Shown in pieces: positions 23,186-36,637 of a stretch of DNA of 64,000 nucleotides. Position 1 is the first letter of the stretch, and the number at the start of each line of letters is the position of its first letter. The notes beneath the pieces were generated by a model that saw nothing but the letters and a program-made list of their open reading frames with translations, made no database searches and had not been told where the DNA came from. The position numbers and the translations under genes are program-made. Origin of the DNA: Heteronotia binoei (lineage: Eukaryota); NCBI RefSeq assembly GCF_032191835.1, contig NC_083243.1:32364001-32428000 (forward strand). Direction: 5' to 3'.

Positions 23186-25847
23186 CCTTCCCTGCCTAGT
23201 ATTAAATCATGTTAACTTACTCTGATTTGTGAGGTCTGCATGTGACAGGGATGCTTGGCCATTCAGGACACTCTCTGAGTCCATAATGCTTTTTGATTAT
23301 GGAATAATTATTTGCTGAAGAGATGGGCGGGAGATGCCCAAGAGTATTATAAAGAAGAACTTGTAGGAGGTAACAAAGGGAACAGGACATTGTTCTCTGA
23401 CGGAATTTGCATCAAGGAGTTCTTCAAAGGATATAAATGGGGTTGATCTACAAGACTTCAGACATATGAGATCCACCTAAGTGGAAGTCAATAATCTGGG
23501 CAGAAATCCGCCGCGATCAACACCCTTTTAAATGTTGTGTGAGGATAAATGATGGTACATTTATCAAATTTACTGGCACTTTTTTCCCAAGCTGAATTAA
23601 TTTTCGGGGCAATTTACATTCTTCTCACAGTGCTTTTTCAATAGGCAACTAACTCTGATCCATAATATAGTCAGCTTGAACAAGGAAGATTTCAAAAGGT
23701 TTATCCGTCTAGCTAAACTGAGCCTCAGTCGCCTTTGTGCACAAAACACCCACGTAGGCTATTTGTCTTGGACTTGAGTGTTTGGCAGGAAGCCTGACTT
23801 AAGCCTTCAGAAGGGGAGCTTAGTGAAAAATGCTGGCATTCACAGCGAGTTTAATGTCCACAACTGACCCCACCCACTGTACTAAGCTTCGAGGTTTTTG
23901 GCAAGCACGTAGAAACCACAAGACAAGTTTTATCATCTGGTAAACCTGTTGCTTGAAAAAAAAATCCTGAAGAAAGGTTTCAGTAAAATATTTCAACAAT
24001 TACAGCACACTTTAATTAGGTGCATAGCGCATAATTATGTCTCTTATTTAATGTATAGAGTTTCCAAAAAAACCCAAACATGAGTTTTCGGTGGATTTAG
24101 CAGTGTCGTCTTGGGTGTTTACCACTTAGGACTCTTTGCCCAGGAAGTCACAAGTACTTCAAATGCAAAGGACAGCTCACCTGGCAACTAGATACATTAC
24201 TAATGTGATATTCTATGATTCACTAATATAGGAAGGAGAGAGGGCAGTCTTTCTGGGCTTAAATTTATGGACTGAACTGCCTTAATATGGTGGAGAGAGG
24301 AATGTTTCTTGTGGTGACATGTTTTAGCATCGGCTTTGCATTTGGTAAACCAGCTACATAATCTTGCAGAGAGGGTTACCACAGCTCTGCACTACAGTAA
24401 CCTTCCAAGATTATGTCTCCAATTCAGCAGGTATTTGACAGGGGGCCACATGGCCTAGCTCCCCCACACTTGCCCTTCTTCTTGAGAGTCTGGTCATAGT
24501 GAGATGGAGTTCCCAAGATACTACTGAAGAAGTGGCTCCTTACTTTGTATGTACTTTAATGACACACTGACGCTTGAGTATATGCATTTTATAACTGACA
24601 TATGCTCAAAAAAGTAAGGGAGGGTGTTGCTAATAGTTGCAATGTGTAAGCATAAAGAGAAAAAGCACCAATGGCAGCACAGCCATCCATATCCAGTCAC
24701 AGACAATGCATCCTTAGATGCTTAAACCGAAAGCTTAAAACATCTGCTAATGTCCACGTGTTGAACTGGAGCTGAGCAAATGCCCTTAGTCTGATGGGGA
24801 AATAGTTTGGATGAATCAGATTAAATACTAAACCTAGGCCTCCAAACTAGGACATAATTCCCCTGATTTATAGTTTCCATGGGCATATGGCTAGTTGTGC
24901 TGTTTCCTGCCTCAGGCCCTGACTTTGTAGGGTTGCCAGTTCTGGGTTGGGAAGTTCCTGCCAGGAATTTCCTGGAGATTTAGGCTTGGAAGCAGAGCCT
25001 CAGCAGGATATAATCCCATACAGTCCATACTCCAAAGCAGCCATTTCTGGTGATTACTTGAGAAGCATGACATCACTTCTAGGTTCACCCCAAAAGTGAC
25101 ATTCCACTGTTGCAGATGGGGCCACCACGCCTCTGCCCCCTGCAGTCTTCTGCTGTTTGCCAGGCCATGCCTGGTAACCCTATTCAATTCCCAACATCTC
25201 CAGTTAAAAAGGATCAGGCAATAGGTGGTGCGAATGATGTGAAACCCTGGCAAGCCACTGCCAATCTGAGTAGAGATCACTGACCTTGATGGACCGGTTG
25301 TCCGATTCAGTAGAAGGCAGCTTCTTGTTTCTGAATTAAAGAACAAACACTGGGAACCTAAAGATGAGGACCTGGAGTAAAAACCCTCATCTTGCACCCG
25401 TATGTAGTTCACAGAAAAATAATATAATTTGGATGTTCAAGCACTTTAATTAAAAATAATGGCACATGTCCATCATTTAGTATTATGGGAATCAAGTAGG
25501 CTGGGACTGTCAGGGTGATATTTAATACATCTGGCACACCTCTAAAAATATTAGCAAAAGCCCTTCTGAAACCATCTTTCATGCTAGACTTCTTTCTCTG
25601 GTTCTTAATAGTTGGGCTGCCTACAGTTTAATGTATCCTATCAAAATATATTAAGTACGTTGAGGTTGGATCTTGGAAAAAAACAGATTCCTTCTGCTAC
25701 AAAACAGCTACAATCAAATCAATTTAGACTTAGTGGACCCCCAACTTTTGATTCCTGGATACGTGACATTCACAACAACCTTCCAATATCACTATCAGGC
25801 ATAGCCTATGAAAAGTCTCATCCACATAACAATAGATTGGAGCTCTG

Positions 25848-26048
25848 ACCTGGATAGTCCAGGCAAGTCCGATCTCATCAGATCTCGGAAGCTAAGCAGG
25901 GTTGACTCTGGCATATACTTGGGTGGGAGACCTCCTTGGAATACCAGTAGTCAGAGGACAGGAGAAGGCTTTATTCAGCCATGCCCCTGAATATCCTCCA
26001 GACCCCCAGTAGGGGTCAGTCACCAGAGGTTGCTATGACTTCCAGGTA
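25848..26048 (+). mobile_element. 5S-derived SINE, alternative-body variant (second copy at 46768-46968)
   Basis: Well-preserved 5S head gatctcatcagatctcggaagctaagcaggg, then the body ccagtagtcagaggacagg...ggggtcagtcaccagagg shared with the 46768 copy. Confidence 0.8.
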
Positions 26049-26058
26049 TACACACACT

Positions 26059-26238
26059 CAGGGCTTTTTTTGTAGCAGGAAGTCCTTTACATATTAGGCC
26101 ACACACCCCTGATGTGGCCAATCCTCCAAGAGCTTACATTAGGCCCTGTACTAAGAGCCCTGTAAGTTCTTGGAGGATTGGCTATAACAGGGCTGTGGCC
26201 TAATACGCAAAGGAGTTCCTGCTACAAAAAAAGCCCTG
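26059..26238. mobile_element. Palindromic 180-bp hAT MITE
   Basis: CAGGGCTTTTTT/AAAAAAGCCCTG TIR, near-complete fold-back, perfect TSD CACACACT. Confidence 0.93.
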
Positions 26239-28940
26239 CACACACTCAAAATACAAAAAGAAAAAAAGAAAAGAAAAAATAGACTGGCTTAGCCAAAGCC
26301 CATCCACTCTTCTGGACTGTGCTGGAAGCCCATGAAAGCAACCTTAGAAGCTGTTGCCAAATTTTATTTAACAGCCATTCGATTTTGAAATGACAAATAT
26401 TTGCTTCTAGGCTGTATATGTAAATATATAAAGGTCTCTGGAAAAATGTCTACCCAAAATGTCTACTTTTAATATCTCAAGTTAAGAAGCCATGAAAAAT
26501 GAAATATATACTAGAAAGTCAGAGGGAGGGGAGAAAAAACCCTTCAGCTATTGTAACCTTGCCAGCTAAGTACTTTAAATTTTGATTCTAAGCCTCCTCC
26601 TGTAATTGTCACCTATATGTTGAAGGATACCATTTAGGAGTCGGTTTTGCCTGATTGCAAAGAGCACTTAAGAAGACACTTTTTACCTATTACCCATATG
26701 CAGGTCTGAGTTATTGCTCTCCAGGCTGAATTCAGTTGGCTGGAAGAATCAGCAAAAAGATTCCTATTGACTTAAGTGGAACTTTGACGGATGCATTAAA
26801 AAAAGAAGAAGATATTTTTAATTAGGAGGATTCCCACCCCCCCCCCTTTGAAAAGAAAATTTGTAAGTTCAAACCCTCTGTGCTGCCAAGGATTATCAAG
26901 GTCCAATAGCAGGGGCTTGTGATTTATTTTAAGATTTGCAAAGCATTCGAACCTAGCCTAGCTTACAATTGCTTCCTGGCAACTCATTTGCTTAGAAAAG
27001 TACACAAGGGGTCTTTTCACATGTAGTCTTTCCTGTGGTTTGTGTGCCAAATGCTGGTGGGTTTTTTTGTTGTTGTTCAAGCTTCCTCATAGTATTGCTC
27101 TTCATTTGTTGTCTTTCCATGATCTCATCCTTCCTCCAGGTTTTCTCCCAATCACAGATGGTTTAAGAAAACACAGACTAATGTTAAAGAACCCATGGAA
27201 AGTAGGTTTACCTGCCTCCTGGTGGTGCCGGGAGATGTCCCAGGATTACAACTGATCTCCAGACTATAGTTTCCCTGGAGAAAATGGCTGCCTCAGAGGG
27301 TGGAGTCTATGGCATTATATCCTGCTGAGGTCCCTCCCCTTCTCAAACCCCACTGTCCCCAGAGCCTACTCCTCAAATCTCCAGGAATTTCCCAACCCAG
27401 AGTTGGCAACCCAAACTGAAAGACTACAAATAGCTAACAATGTTGTAAAGAAGGTTAGAGAGAAAATACTGCAGCTCAGCAATCAAATGCCAGGACAGCC
27501 TCCAAATAAGACATTTGTACATGAAGTAGATCACTGGACAAACAGATCCAGGTGGGCAGCCGTGTTGGTCTGAAGCAATAGAACGAAGTTGGAGTCCAGT
27601 GGCACCTTTAAGACCAACAAAGTTTTATTCAGAATGTAAGCTTCTTTACTGGGCAAACAAGGGAGCCATAAAAGGGGGACAGGAGTCCAATTCCCCAAGC
27701 TGCAGAGGTTCTGTATTTCAGAGGTCATTCCCTTCCAGTCCACAGTCAAGGTCCAGAAACTGTGGAGGACATTTGCTCTACAACTTCTCTTGGGTGGAGG
27801 AAATGTGTTCAAAAAGCAGAGGACTGCACTGTCTGTAGGGTTGCCAGCTCTGGATTGGGAAATACTTGGAGATTTTAGGGGCAAAGCCTCTGGAGGGTGG
27901 GGTTTGGGGAAAGGGGGACCTCAGCATGGTATAGTGCCACAGAACCTACCCTCCGAAGCAACTATTTTCTTCAGGGGAACCGATCTTGGTCATCTGGAGA
28001 TCAACTGTAATAGTGGGCGAAACCCAGGTGCCACCTGGAGGTTGGCAACACTAACTGACCATAAAGTATGCCAAGGGAGGAGTGACCTTAGTAAAGAGAG
28101 CTGAGAGCCACCATGATGCAATAGTTTTCACTAGCATCTGAGAGATCCAGGTTTGAATGTGTGCTCTGCCATGGAAGTTCACTAGGTGGCCTTGGGTCAG
28201 TTACTTTTTAAAGCTTAACCTACCTCACAAGGTTGTTGTGCTCATAAAATGGAGGAGAGGAGATTGATGCATGTTGCCATGAGCTCCTTGGAGGGGAAGG
28301 AGGGAATAAAACACACACAGATAAAAATAATGAAGTCGTTTCAAAACAGGCGAGGATTTGCCTTTGCACAAAATGGAGCAAACTCTGATAAGGCAGAAAG
28401 TGTTTTTGAATATTTTTAAAGAAAGACATAAAATGTATGAAAAGCACTCCTCCAATGCCTTCGTGTGGCCATGTTGCTTTCTCCCCACTCAAAAACTGGA
28501 TACTTCTTTATTAATGTCCCTCTGTTGAAAACATATGAAAATCCATGTAGTTAATTTCAGTCAAGTTCTGTCCATAAAGTTGAAAAAAAAAAGGGGGGGG
28601 GAGGAAACGCTCCTGGGAATGCTCATCTTGGTAAAGAAATGTGCTGTGATGGAAATCCAGTTTACTCTCCTGCACCTTGATTCAGCAACTCCATGTGAAG
28701 TCAAGTATATAAATCTACACTTCATTTGTGTTGTGGAAATACAGCTGTGTTCAATTCTTGATAAGCAGTTGAGATGTAATGCAATCCACTTATACCATGC
28801 ATTCTGCATGCATCAGAAAAAAACAACTGCTAACCATTGGTCTCAGGTTACAAGTGATGGGAGTTCTAGTTAAACACTTTTCCTTCTCAGATGTTGGACA
28901 AATGAATGTATAGCACGGGATCTGGAAGCAGCACACCATT

Positions 28941-29410
28941 AAGAAGAAGAAGAAATTGGATTTATATCCTGACCAATCAGAATCAGGGCCGGATCTAGGG
29001 GGGGGGCAGAAGGGGGTGCTTGCCCCAGGCACTGATGGAGGGGGGGGGCGCAAAATTGGGTATGGAGTCCATTGTATTCTATAGGACCATAAGATAGAAT
29101 GGTCCATAAGGGGGCGCCATTTTTTAATTTTGCCCCCCCTCAAAAAACATGTAGATCTGGTCCTGCTCTGAATCTCAGAGTCTCAGACTAGAGCAGCTTA
29201 CAATCTCCTTTACCTTCCTCCCTCACAACAGAGACCCTGTGAGGTAGGTGGGGCTAAGAGAGCTCTCACAGAAGCTGACCTTTCAAGGACAACTCTTCAA
29301 GAGCTATGGCTGACCCAAGGCCATTCCAGCAGCTGTAAGTGGAGGAGTGGGGAATCAAACATGATTCTCCCAGATAAGAGTCCACACACTTAACCACTAC
29401 ACCAAACTGT
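28941..29410 (-). mobile_element. Squam3-like SINE interrupted by a hAT MITE
   Basis: SINE tail at 28941-28983; body resumes at 29166. Confidence 0.85.
28984..29165. mobile_element. hAT MITE with CAGGGCCGGATCTA-type TIR
   Basis: TIR CAGGGCCGGATCTA/TAGATCTGGTCCTG; TSD ATCAGAAT/CTCTGAAT (6/8). Confidence 0.8.
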
Positions 29411-29665
29411 AAAACACAGAGTTTTTAAGTTGCTTTGGGTCCATATTGGGAAGAAAAATGGGGTAATAAATTGCATAAATGAGTGAATGCATGAATCAAC
29501 AAAAAAAAAAATGAAAGGCTAAATGAATGTCTGGGTATGGCCAGAGGCAGAAGCCATTGGTATGAACCAGCAAGTAGAAACTAAAGGACTCTTGGCCCTT
29601 TACTCTTACTCTGCAGTTTGTTACTATTGGCTTTGAATGAGCTAGCCCAGTCTATCTACTGCATT

Positions 29666-29849
29666 CAGGGCTTTGTTTTTGTAGCAGGAACTCCTTTACA
29701 TATTAGGCCACATACCCCTGGTGTAGCCAATCCTCCAAGAGCTTACAGGGCTTTTAGTACAGGGCCTGCTGCAAGCTCCAGGAGGATTGGCTACATCAGG
29801 GGTATATGGCGTAATAAGCAAAGGAGTTCCTGCTACAAAAAAAGCCCTG
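29666..29849. mobile_element. Palindromic 180-bp hAT MITE (further copies near 34680 partial, 47684-47846 and 50221-50404)
   Basis: Same family as 26059; TSD ACTGCATT/ACTACACT (6/8). The 50221 copy has TSD GCATTTTC/GCATTTCC. Confidence 0.88.
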
Positions 29850-29961
29850 ACTACACTCTTTGGGTTTGTTGTTAATTTAAACTTGACTTCTTTGGATCCT
29901 CATTGAGAAGAAAAGCAGGGCAAAAACATCTCCAATAAGTAATTGAGAGGAATGTTCTAAT

Positions 29962-30170
29962 TGAGTAGAAAAGAGCAAGCGTCCAGTAGTACCTTAAAGA
30001 CTAGCAAAATATGTGGTAGGATCTGAGCTTTCTTGAAGCACTGATCACTTCTTCAGATAACTTCTTCAGAAAGCTCAGACCCTGTCACAAATTTAGTTTG
30101 TCTTTTAAGGTGCTAATGAACTCTTGCTCTTTTCTGCTGCTACAGACAGACTAACATGACTACCTATCTT
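29962..30170. mobile_element. Small inverted Penelope-like terminal pair
   Basis: agtagaaaagagcaag...gagctttc mirrored by gaaagctc...cttgctcttttctgct. Confidence 0.65.
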
Positions 30171-30180
30171 GTTCTAATTG

Positions 30181-30689
30181 TAGGGCTGCCAATCCCCAGG
30201 TGGGAACAGGGGATCCCCCGGTCTGGAGGCTCTCCTCCCACTCCAGGGTTATCAGAAAATGGTGTGTGTGTGGGGAAAGGAAATATCTGCTGGGCACTCC
30301 ATTATCCCCTATGGAGACCGATTCCCTTAGGTATAGTGGAGAATTGATCCATGAGTATCTGGGGCCCTGGAGGGGGGCTGTTTTTGGAGGTAGAGGCACC
30401 AAATTTTCAGCATGGCATCTGGAGACTCTCCTCAAAACACCCCCCCAAGATTAAAAAAGATTGGACCAGGGGATCCAATTTTATGAGCCCCCAAAGAAGT
30501 TGCCCCTATTCGCCATTATTTCCTATGGTAGGATGGCATTTAAAAAGAGCATGGTCCCTTTAAATGTGATGGCCAGAACTCCCTTCAATCAATTGTGCTT
30601 GCCACACCCTTCTTCTGGTTCCGCCCCAAGTCTCCTGGCTCCACCCCCAAAGCCCCCAGATATTTCTTGAGTTGGACTTGGCAACCTTA
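30181..30689 (-). mobile_element. 509-bp non-autonomous hAT element
   Basis: TIRs TAGGGCTGCCAA/TTGGCAACCTTA; perfect TSD TCTAATTG. Confidence 0.93.
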
Positions 30690-32097
30690 TCTAATTGAGT
30701 TTATGACAGGTTCATGGGAAGCAAATTCTGCTGAGATAGAGGGCCTGCTGAAAACCAGGTTTTCCCTGGTTGGGTCTAAGGGTGACATGAGCCTCCAATT
30801 TTAACTGAGAACAAAAATAAAGGATGCCTCAGATATTCAAAGTTCGGGAAATACTGATGTGCATGGAACATGCTGCATACAAAATTGAGGTCCTTTGGAA
30901 GGCTTGAGGCTCCTTTGCGCAGCACTTTGCAGCAAGCAAATCATTTTAATTACAAATGTTCTACAATGTAGTCCTGTTTTATTGTAATTTTATTTCTTTT
31001 CCTCTCGCCAAATTTCCTACAGTGCTGAGACGAAAGTGATGAACCTGGGCAGACAGATAGATTTTAATGGAAGTGTTAAAAATCTAGGCAAAGGTGTAAT
31101 TTAAAAGATTTACAGTAGCCATATATGTTAATTTTCAACTCTGCTGTATAATAATTTAGTAATTATTCTTTGACTAGATGATGAAATACAGTGCGCGGAT
31201 AGTTCTCTTTGTTTTCTGTTGGGATTATGGAAATAGGTAAAATTAGGTGTGTATATTTAATGCCCTTCGCCTAGATGTGAAACACATGTATTTGTGTTCT
31301 GTTGATTTAAACATGGATCCTAACCTATCCCAAAGACTGGAAGCATGAAATATAAGGATAACCAAATCATGGGGTCCACTGAAATAATTCTCCTTTGTCA
31401 TGTGCTTGGGAGGAGTGCCAGATCTTGGTTTTGGGCAATTCTTGGTCAAGATGCCCTCAGTGGGTTCAGAACCTGAGTGGGTCCACTTCCTTGCTATTAT
31501 CCCCTTATCTGCTCTCTCCCCGTGGGCCCAGAGGCAAAAAGTGATGTGATAGACAGTGGTGGTTCATTCCCCCTCTCCTCAATGCTCATTCTCTCAAAGA
31601 TGATATGCATTAAGGTTGCCAGACCCCATCACCAGGCCCTGCCTCCCCCAACTGCCAATCAACTAGCCATCAGGGGACTTAAAGAGGAAGATTCAGGCCA
31701 CATCACTGGCATCCCACAGGAAGTGACATCATCGTGCCAGTGACATCCAGGTGACAATCTGGTATTTGGGCAAAAATTCGATTGGACAAGCTGTTTTTAC
31801 CATAGTGTTTTTACCCAAATATCAGAGCATCACAGCAACATCACAGCATGATGATGTCACTTTCTGTACAATACCGATGTTGTGGCCTGTACCTTCTGCT
31901 TTCTCCTGGTAAGTCCCCCCATCCCCTGTCAGTTGCCAGGAGAGACCTGGCAACCTTTATGTGAATTCAGGCAGCTACAGCCCAAGCAGAATGGCCACTG
32001 GGCCCACTTACACACACGGAACTGCCTTATAACTAGTCAGACTAGTTTTGGTCTCTCAGTGTCAGTATTGCCTACTCTGACTGGCAGAGGCTCTCCA

Positions 32098-32346
32098 TAG
32101 GGCTGCCAAGCCCCTGGTCTGGGGAGGAATTCCCCTGCCTGGGAGGTTCCCAACCTGCTGGCCCATATTGGGCTGGCAGGGGGAACCTCCCCCAATGTCA
32201 ATGTGATGACATCACCCGGACGTGATGTCATCGCGCCAGTGTTGGCGTGTGGCAGCCACTCTAGGCATTTCCGGGAAAACTCTATGGTTTTCCCAGATTC
32301 TCTAGCCATTTGGAAGGGAAAACTCTATGGTACAATGGCAACCCTA
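32098..32346. mobile_element. 249-bp hAT MITE (a related degenerate copy lies at about 31612-31958)
   Basis: TIR TAGGGCTGCCA/TGGCAACCCTA; perfect TSD GCTCTCCA. Confidence 0.9.
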
Positions 32347-33339
32347 GCTCTCCAGGATTTCAGTGCCAGTTCTTTTACATCCCCTGTTACTTGATCTCTT
32401 CAGATGAAGGATTAAAATTGGGATCTGCTGCATGTCAAGCAGATTCAGAGATGGTTGATAGTTCTGTTTCAGGTGGGTAGCTATGTTAATCTGCAGTATG
32501 ACGAAGTGCCCTTCAGTTATCATCCAGTATAGAGGAATTATGTGCAGCAAGTATGAACCAACATTACATATCTCATAGTCAAGGGCAGAGAAACCAAATT
32601 ATGTCCCTAAAATGCACATTGTCAATCAGAATGCTTCAAAAATACAGTTAATCTACTTTACTTGTCAAAACCCTTGTCAGTGTTGACACCCAAAAGGATA
32701 GGGCCAGAATGCTGAACCAAATGAATAATGTTAACCAGGATCTCTCTCTCTCTCTCTCTCTCTCAAAAAAAGAGTAACTTTTAAAATAAAGTCTACTTGA
32801 ACTGGTCAAGTGTCTTATGGACAGCATATTTTCAGCTAGTCTTCAGTATTGTGGCTGACTCCCCCTCTTATAACTACCATTTTGTGGCAGTCATTTTGTA
32901 GCTGCGCCCACCATGCTGTGTCAGAATTCCAAATGTTCCTGCAGGCTCAAAATGGTTGGGGACCCCTGCTATAGATGATTCTACTTTTCAGATGCTGATT
33001 CTGCAGTTCTAAACAGATTCTAAGTCACTGGCTAAGAATGGAAACACTCAGTTTAGGGAAACGCTAGATATCCTAGATCTGCATTGACCTCTGTGGGAAA
33101 ACCAGACAGTGAATGCAGGAATGCAAATATCCTAAGCTCCCCACTCAGTCCAAAGAATATGCAAAATCGTCTGCAGTCAAGCATGATGCCACATTTCTCA
33201 CCTTATGCTAGAAATGAAATGGTAAAACAGAATGTCAATCAAAAGTGTATGTATTGCAGAGTTACACCCTTCTAAATCCCTTATGGTGCAACTCTGTTTA
33301 GAATTTAACGATTCATCTCTTACTTCTGTCACTCATGAT

Positions 33340-33440
33340 GTAGTAGAACAAAGTTTGAATCCAGTGGCACCTTTAAGACCAACAAAGTTTTATTCAAGGT
33401 GTGAGCTTTTACATGCAAGCACACTTCATCGGCCAATGAA
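33340..33440 (-). mobile_element. Penelope-like terminal fragment (others at 27545-27650, 34441-34550 and 61660-61765)
   Basis: ccagtggcacctttaagaccaacaaagttttattc motif followed by a hammerhead-like remnant. Confidence 0.7.
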
Positions 33441-33539
33441 ATAGAATTAGAAAAAACAGCCGTACATATAGAGGGTGGGTAGTAAATAAGCATGCAAAAT
33501 GGTGATTTTTTTTAACAGCTAAAAAGAATAACAAGATTA

Positions 33540-34330
33540 TTTATTTATTTGTTGGCAATCCTTCCCTAAGAACAGGGCTCAGGGCAGCTTAGATCATGAG
33601 CATATACAATAGATAATAACAATTAAAATAACATTAAAATACTAAAACATCAACACTAGTGTCCAGATGGCAGAATATTTTTTTATACCCACCGGCCCCT
33701 GGGTGATGGGGATGTGGAAGAATAAGAGGGGAGGTGGGGGGCATGAGAGTGTAAGACCCTATGGAAAGGTAGTAAATCCCATAGGGCATGGATGTTCTTA
33801 GGCAAAGAGTTCCACCAGGCAGGGACCAGACCTGAAAAGCTGATTCTGCTGTAACCACCCAACCATGGCCTCCAAACCCTCAATTAAATTCATGGGAAGG
33901 GCATCTGGTCAGCCACCAATCAGCAGAAATAGCTGGGTGTCATCAGCATGTTGATGACACCCTAACTCAAAACTCCACACAAGCTGGGCAAGGAGGTGCA
34001 TGTAGGTGTTAAAGAACATCGGGGACTCTGCATTCTAGTGGGTACCTCAGGGACTGACCCTCTCATTGCCACCCTCTGTCCCTGAGACTGGAGAAGTGAG
34101 GCAAGCCTTTGCAGGGCTACCCCATGAATCCCAGCATCAGTGAGGCAGTGAGTAAACAGGTGGTGGTTGACTATGTTGAATGCCTCTGCAAGATCAAGCA
34201 GTATCAGCAGCACCAACCCACCTCAACCGAGCTGCCTGAGGAGAACATCTGTGAGGGCAGCCAGCACCATCTCTGTCCTATGGCCAGGGTGGAAACCACA
34301 TGGGAATGGGTCCAACACCATTGGACCCAC
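33540..34330 (-). mobile_element. Degenerate L2-clade LINE with internal deletions
   Basis: ORFs LLILLDLAEAFNIVNH...VALQRLAS..QGQRV and WWNSLP; the 3' end resembles the L2 at 54300. Confidence 0.75.
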
Positions 34331-35256
34331 TAAATTCAGAAATTTCTAAAGCTGTTCAGCCACTATGGTCTCAGTTACCTTACCTTACCTTGGTTTACGG
34401 TTATCATCTGTCTGGGACTGTTTTCCCTAATTCCATTACACTGTCTGATGAATATGAAAGCTCACACCTTGAATAAAACTTTGTTGGTCTTAAAGGTACC
34501 ACTGGAGTAAAACTTTGTTCTACTGCTTCAGACCAACACAGCTGCCCAACAATCACTGATGATGTACTGATAGTTTAACCCCCATCAAACCAGATTAGCA
34601 TAGGAAGGGGGACTCTAGTACAGAGGTGAAAAGGCTGTAATACCCCAGTTTGAACCTCAGCCTTCAATGTAGGAAGGAGCAGGGGGGTTTTTGTAGCAGG
34701 AACTCCTTTGCATATGAGACCACACACTCCTGATGTAGCCAATCCTCCAAGAGTTTACAGGGCTCTTAGTACAACTCATCTCCAAACAATTAGGGATCAG
34801 TTCCTCTGGAGAAAATGGCTGCTTGGATGGTGGACTCCAGGGTGTTATACCCCTGCTGAAGCCCCTCCTCTTCTGAAACCCCAATTTCCCCATGCTCCAC
34901 CTCCAAATCTCCAGGTAGTTTCCAAATGGGAGTTGGCAACCCTATTGTTTGCAAAGAACCCTTTCTAGTCTGAACATATACACATCTAACACAGAGTAAG
35001 GCAGCTTCATATCAGGGATGGAGCTGTGTCTTAGTGATTGATTGATTGATTGATTGATTTCTGTTTATTTCTGTTAATCCCAAAGTCAGTTCAGAGCGGC
35101 TTGTCATGATAGAGCACTTGGCATACAGAAAGTCCCAGGTTCAATCTTTAGAATCTTCAGCTAAAATGATGAGGAAGTAGTGGATGTTAAGGCCTCTTCC
35201 TGAGACCCTGGAGAGCCACTGCCAGTTAGTGTAGACAATAGTGATGTTAATAGACT

Positions 35257-35523
35257 TAGACCAATTCCCCACTAGCTTTGTCCTGGTTTCACGCTCCTCT
35301 TCTCCACGGCGCTTCTGTTTAATTTTGCACAAGCTGCCGCAAGGCTGCGACTCCCCCTGCCTCTTTCCTGTGGCAAGCAGAAACCAGTTTTCGGAGGATC
35401 TTGCTTGCCATGGGAAAGAAGCAGAACAAACTGCAGCCTCACAGCAGCTTGTGCAGAATTGGATGGAAGCCCCTTGGAAAAGAGGAGTGTGAGACTGGGA
35501 CAAGGCTAGTGAGGAATCGATCT
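35257..35523. mobile_element. ~265-bp fold-back MITE-like palindrome
   Basis: Arms of more than 110 bp pair imperfectly around a ~22-nt loop (gaaaccagttttcggaggatct). Confidence 0.8.
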
Positions 35524-36394
35524 TTGTATAAAACAGCTTCACTGGTGTTCATATATTCAGAGCATGCTCACAGATCAACCTATTTTCCATTCTGGATTGT
35601 AGCTTTCTTTTACATTTGCGGTCTCAGGCAAGTCATCCTGCTTTGTTGTTCCCTTTTCCACCGTTGTAGTACTGTAGGAGGGGAATGATAATATCAGCTT
35701 ACCTTAAAGGACTGTTGTAAGGATTAATGAAAATATGAAGAGCCACGAGCGCCTCAGGAAAGTACTTGGTAAATTCGAGCACCCAGAGCTAATCTCCAGG
35801 TACGCTAATGAAGAGGGGAGCTGAGGGAAAGACAGGGCATGTTTCATTCAAAGCAAAGGCTCTCCCTGATGCCCCGTTGATATTTATTTCATTCCCTTCT
35901 TAAATTAGTATAATTAAAGCTTTGTGATAGAGTAGGTCCCCGAAGCCCCTGTTTGTTTTTGTTTTCTTTCAGCTTTACAAAAAAAGATTTACCAGGATTT
36001 TTCCCTGATGGGATATTCGGCAGGAAATGTATAGGGTGGGTGGAAGAGAGATCTGGTCAGCTTCTCCACGAGCCAATTTCTCACTTGTGAAAGGCACCCT
36101 GGAGAACGGTGGCAGTATGGGAACAAACGCCATAAAGTAGCAGGCTCTTTATAATAAGAAAGCCACATTCCCAATTAAATGGAAGCAATTCAAGTCTCGG
36201 AGAATGAAAGGCCGAAAGCATTTCATGAATCCGTTTGTCTCCATTGTATTCATCATAATGTGACAGACATGAAGACCTTTTCCCAGGTCACATCTTGAAA
36301 GATAGATGGGTTTCTGTCTAGTGAAGTACACCTGCAGAAGGAGACGCATGATAATTGTGCCCAAATACAAAAGCCATCTATTTTAGCATTTCTA

Positions 36395-36630
36395 AGGATA
36401 TAAGAAGAGCCCTGATGTATCAGACCGATGGTCTGTCTAGACCAGAATTCTGTCTCACACAGTGGCCAACAAGATCCTCTGGAGGGTCAGCAACAGGGCA
36501 CAGAGCTTTCCCTTGATTTTGCCTTCCTGGCACTGGGATTGAGAGGTTGACTACCTCTGGGCATGGAGGTTTCCTTTAGTTACATGGCTAGTAGCCACTG
36601 ATACATCCAACCTCTATGAATTTATCTAAT
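36395..36630 (-). mobile_element. CR1 3' UTR fragment (another at about 47255-47450)
   Basis: ataagaagagccctg...tgtctcacacagtggccaac, matching the CR1 3' end at 21385-21600. Confidence 0.7.
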
Positions 36631-36637
36631 CACCCAG

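Noticed and set aside
25860-25945. 5S rRNA genes (also at 1512, 46768, 49136 and 59786)
   Set aside because: The 5' end of 5S is missing, the matches are diverged, and they run into SINE bodies.
35141-35542. ORF containing WFLLATGK, reminiscent of the SLC22 WLLATG motif
   Set aside because: It lies in a fold-back repeat, and the surrounding residues do not match SLC22.
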